A model generated the notes under the pieces. That model was not told where the DNA came from, did not search any database, and was given only the letters and a program-made list of their open reading frames with translations. DNA of 64,000 bases from the human T2T-CHM13v2.0 reference genome, Homo sapiens: assembly GCF_009914755.1 (NCBI RefSeq), contig NC_060928.1. One strand, given 5' to 3'. Below are positions 59,541 to 64,000 of this stretch, piece after piece (position 1 is the stretch's first letter; the number at the start of each line of letters is the position of its first letter). The translations under genes were made by a program, and so were the position numbers.

Positions 59541-62430
59541 GAATCATCTCATTACAAGGAGCTTTTCCAAACTTGTCAAGAGGCCAAGAGCCAAGGCTTG
59601 CTGGTCCCTCCCCTGAGAATGGGCCTGGGTCTTAAAGTAGCACTGTTTCCTCCCATCCATTCAGGACTATTGAGCTGCCAGGCTGTGTTTACCCATCCAC
59701 TGATCTCAACTCTATCTGATGATCTTTGAGGTCAGTGGATCCAAGGGAGCTGCTCCCCGGGCTGCAGTGCCTTTACTTTCACATGCTAGACACAGCAGTC
59801 AGCTCTTTCATGGTTGATTCTTTCATATCTAATGAATATTGCAGATCCTGGAACACACCAAGAAATGTGAGATTTCCCTTCTCTTCACAGAAAGTTGGAT
59901 TCTCTCTCATTAATGGTGAAAGAAATGCTGTACTTGAGAGCCTCATATCTTCCTCAAGTTGAAACACTATCAAACAACATTTCTCAAGACAATGCTTTCT
60001 AAATATCATTTATATGTTAATCTTTGGTATGGTTTGGCTGTGTCCCCACCCAAATCTCATCTTGAATTGCAGCTCCCATAATTTCCACATGTTGTGCAAG
60101 GGACGTCGTGGGAGATAATTGAATCATGGGGTTGGGGCTTTCCCATGCTATTCTCATGATAGTGAATAAGTCTCAAGAGATACGATAGTTTTAAAAATGG
60201 GAGTTTCTCTGCACAAGCTCTCTTATCTTGTCTTCTGCCATGTGAGATGTGCCTTTCACCTTCTGCCATGAAAGTGAGGCCTCCCCAGCCATGTGAAACT
60301 GTGAGTCCATTCGATCTCTCTTTTTTTTGTAAATTGCCCAGTCTTAGGTATGTCTTTATCAGCAGCGTGAAAACAAACAAATATAGTAAATGGGTACCAG
60401 TAGAGTGGGGTACTGCTGTAAAGATACCTGAAAATGTGGAAGCAACTTTGGTACTGGGTAACAGGCAGAGCTTGAAACAGTTTGGAGTGTTCAGAAGAAG
60501 ATAGAAAAATGTGGGAAAGTCTGGAACTCCCTAGAGATTTGTTAAATGGCTTTGACCAAAATGCTGATAATGATATGGACAATGAAATCCAGGCTGAGGT
60601 GGTCTCAGATGCAGATGAGAAACTTGTTGGGAACTGGAGCAAAGGTGACTCTTGTTACGTTTTAGCAAACAGACTGGTAACAATTTGCCCTTGCCCTAGA
60701 GATTTGTGGAACTTTGAATTTGAAAGAGATGATTTAGGTTATCTGGTGGAAGAAATTTCTAAGCAGCAAAGATTTCAAGAGATGACTTGGGTGCTGTTAA
60801 AGAAATTCAGCTGTAAAAGGGAAACAGAGCATGAAAGTTCAGAAAATGTGCAGCCTGACAATGTGATAGAAAAGAAAATCCCATTTTCTGTGGAGAAATT
60901 CAAGTCAGCTGCAGAAATTTGCATAAGTAATGAGGAGCCAAATTTTAATCACCAAGACAATGGGGAAAATGTCTCCAGGACATGTCAGAGGCCTTTGTGG
61001 CTGCCCCTCCCATCACAGACCCAGAGGCCTAGGAGGAAAAAATGGTTTTGTGGGCCAAGCCCAGGGTCCCTCTGCTGTGTGCAGTCTAGGGACTTGGTGT
61101 CCTGCATTCCAGCTGCTCCAACTGTGACTTAAAGTTTCCAAGGTCCAGCTTGGGCCGTGGCTTCAGGTGGTGTAAGCCCAAAACCTTGGCAGCTTCCACA
61201 TGGTATTGAGCCTGCAGGTGCACAGGAGTCAAGAATTGAGGTTTAGGAACCTCCACCTAGATTTCAGAGGATGTATGGAAACATTTGGATGTCCAGGCAG
61301 AAGTTTGCTGCAGGGGCAGGGTGCTCATGGAGAACCTCTGTTAGGGCAGTGCAGAAGGGAAATGTAGACCCCCCCACAAGAGTCCCCACTTGGGGGCTAG
61401 CTAGTGGAGCTGTGAGAAGAGGGCCACTGTCCTCCAGACCCTAGAATGGTAGATCCACGGACAGTTTGCACTGTGCACCTGGAAAAGACACAGGCACTCA
61501 ATGCCAGCCCATGAAAGCAGCTGGAAGGGAGATTGTACTCTGAAAAGCCACAGGTGCAGAGCTGCCTAAGACCACGGGAACCCACCTTTTGCACCAGTGT
61601 GACCTGGATGTGAGACATGGAGTCAAAGGAGATCATTTTGGAACTTTAAGATTTCACTGCCCTGCTGGATTTTGGACTTGCATGGGGCCCATAGCCCCTT
61701 TGTTTTGGCCAATTCCTCCCATTTGGAATGGGTGTATTTACCCAATGCCTGTACCCCCATTGTATCTAGGAAGTAACTAACTTGCTTTTGATTTTACAGG
61801 CCCATAAGTGGAGGGGACTTGTCACAGATGAGATGTTTGACTGTGGACTTTTGAGCTAATGCTGAAATGAGCTAAGGCTTTGGGGAATGTTGGGAAGGCA
61901 AGATTGGTTCTGAAATGTGAGGACATAAGATTTGGAGGGGCCAAGAGTGGAATGATATGGTTTGGCTGTGTTCCCGCCCAAATTTCATTTTGAGTTATAG
62001 CTCTCATAATTCCCACATGCTGTGGGAGGAACCTGATGGGAGATAATTGAATCATGGGGGCAGGGCTTTTTTGTGCTATTCTTGTGATAGTGAATAAGTC
62101 TTGAGAGATCTGATGATTTTAACACGGGGAATTTTCTTACACAAGCTCTCTTCTCTTTTCTACTGTCATGTGAGACTTGCCTTTCCCCTTCCACCATATT
62201 TGTGAGGCCTCCCCAGCCACATAGAACTGTGAGTCCATTTAACCTCTTTCTTCTGTAAATTGCCCAGTCTCAGGTATGTCTTTATCAGCAGTGTGAAAAT
62301 GAACTAAAACAATCTTATAAGTGAAAAATTTATATTCTATTCCCTATAAACTTATTGCATTATACTTTCAAAACATATGCAGTTTATCAATAAAGACTTT
62401 TAGTACACTATAGCAAAAAAAAAAGAAAAA
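59541..62430 (+). other. Non-L1 retroposed sequence (59541-60024 and 62317-62414) with AATAAA and poly(A), split by THE1
   Basis: AATAAA at 62389-62394; A tail from 62415; TSD agaaaactgga (58164-58174) / agaaaatgga (62430-62439). Confidence 0.8.
60025..62311 (+). mobile_element. THE1 (B-like) full provirus: LTR 60025-60385, internal region, LTR 61953-62311
   Basis: Two LTRs; internal region starts gtaaatgggtaccagtagagtgggg; perfect TSD atctt; residual 216-codon internal ORF at 60482-61132. Confidence 0.95.
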
Positions 62431-64000
62431 GAAAATGGAAAATTCACAAATACATGGAAACTAAACAGCACTCCCATAAGCAACCATTGGGTCAAAGAGG
62501 AACTCAAAAGAGAATTTTGAAAATATTTCAAGGCAAATGGAAATAAAAACAAAATATACCAAAATGTATGAAATGCAGCTAAAGTAATACTAATAGAAAA
62601 CTTGATTCTGATCAATGCCTACATTAAAAAAGAAAAAAACTAACTCAAATAAACATCTTAACTTTATATCTTGAGGAACTAGAAAAACAGGAACAAAGTC
62701 CAAAGTTAGCAGAAGCAAGGACATAATATATGTTAGAGAAGAAATAAATCAAATAGAGAATAGAAAAACAATTGAAACACTGATGCAACTAAGATTTTTT
62801 TCAAAAAGATAGACAAAGGTGACAAGCCCTTATCTAGACAAACTAAGAAAATAGAGACAAGACTCAAGTAAATAAAAATAAATTTAAAAACATAAGAAAT
62901 TATTAGGTACAATTATATGCCAATATATTGGATAACCTAGAAGAAATGGACAAATCCCTAAGAATGTATGATCTACAAGACTGAATGAAGAATAAATAGA
63001 AAGTCTGAACAAACCAATAATATATAAGGAGATTAAATCAGTAATCAGAAACCTCTCACCCTCTAAAAAGCCAAAGACCAGAAGGCTTCACAGGTGCATT
63101 CTACTAAACATTTAAAGAAGAATTAGTACCAATTTGTCATAAATCCTTTTTAAAAAAATAAAAGAATAAGAAACACTTTCAAACTTATTTAATGAGGCTA
63201 GCATTATCCTGATACTAAGGCAAACAAATACATCACAAGAAAAGAAAATGATAGGCAAAATATCCCTAATAAACAAAGATGTAAAAATTCTTAGTAAAAT
63301 ATTAGCAAACCAAGTTCAACAGCACATTAAAATGATTACATAACATGGCCATGTGGGATTTATCCTTGAAATGTAAGGATAGCTAAGCATATAAAAATCA
63401 ATCAATGTTATACAACACATTAAAAGAATGAAGACTAAAAATCACATTATCGTCTCAATTGATGCAGAAAAAGCTTTTGACAACATTCAATGTTCATTTG
63501 TGATTAAAAAAAAACCTCAGCAAAAGAGGTATGAAAGTAATCTACATCAACATAATAAAGGCAATATATGAAAAGCCCACAACTAGCAACACAATTAATG
63601 GGAAATAACTAAAAGCTCTTTCTCTAAACTAAGCTCCAGTACAAGTCAGGGATGCTCACTGTCACCACATCTACTCAACCTAATACCAGAAGGCCCAAGC
63701 AATTAGACTAAAAAACAAATAAAGAGCATTCAGATCTGAAAGGAAGATATATCATTATCTATGCTGGTAGAAAACACAATCATATATATAGGAAATTATA
63801 AAAACTCAATAACAACAACAAAAAACTATTATGGCTAATAAATATATTCAGTAAAATTACCAAATACAAAATCTTCATACAAAAATCCGTAATATTTCTC
63901 TATACAAACAATAAACTATCTAAAACAATTAAGAAAACAAACTTGTGTAAAATAGCAACAGAAAGAATAAAATAGGAATAAGCTTAATCAAATAGTTGAA

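Larger units (their letters stand above)
51744..64000 (+). mobile_element. Old L1M element (5' UTR, ORF1, ORF2; runs off the window) hosting many nested insertions
   Basis: 5' start gggagtgacatcaacaaaatgg; UTR resumes at ~54940; ORF1 ~55680-56570; endonuclease region ~57480-58174; ORF2 resumes at ~62431 (ggaaaattcacaaatacatggaaactaaac). Confidence 0.85.

Noticed and set aside
59779-60009. 76-aa minus-strand ORF in the transduced segment
   Set aside because: No recognisable homology, and antisense to the polyadenylated strand.
60482-61132. 216-aa ORF as a host gene
   Set aside because: It is THE1 internal sequence, reported under the provirus.

Overview
Human non-coding DNA: an AluYb8, a human-specific subfamily, sits at 34779-35085. 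The window is AT-rich and dominated by transposon relics: 13 Alus, old L1s, MaLR/ERVL LTRs, a two-LTR THE1 provirus, a full-length Tigger1, MER82, MADE1, and MIR/L2 fragments. I find no credible protein-coding exon and no new gene system; the listed ORFs come from repeats or are chance frames. The notable signals are structural. (1) A TSD-bounded retroposed unit at 58176-62430 joins an inverted L1PA segment to ~0.6 kb of non-L1 sequence ending in AATAAA plus poly(A), consistent with a 3' transduction with twin-priming inversion; THE1 later inserted into it. (2) Four locally templated 110-190 bp duplications, two inverted (~95% identical) and two direct; one splits a THE1 LTR and carries a filler copied twice from nearby DNA. 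(3) A perfect 122-bp tandem duplication. (4) A tailless 5S rRNA retro-fragment inside Tigger1, part of a four-level nested insertion stack. Subfamily names come from recalled consensus motifs, not RepeatMasker, and boundaries of old repeats are approximate.
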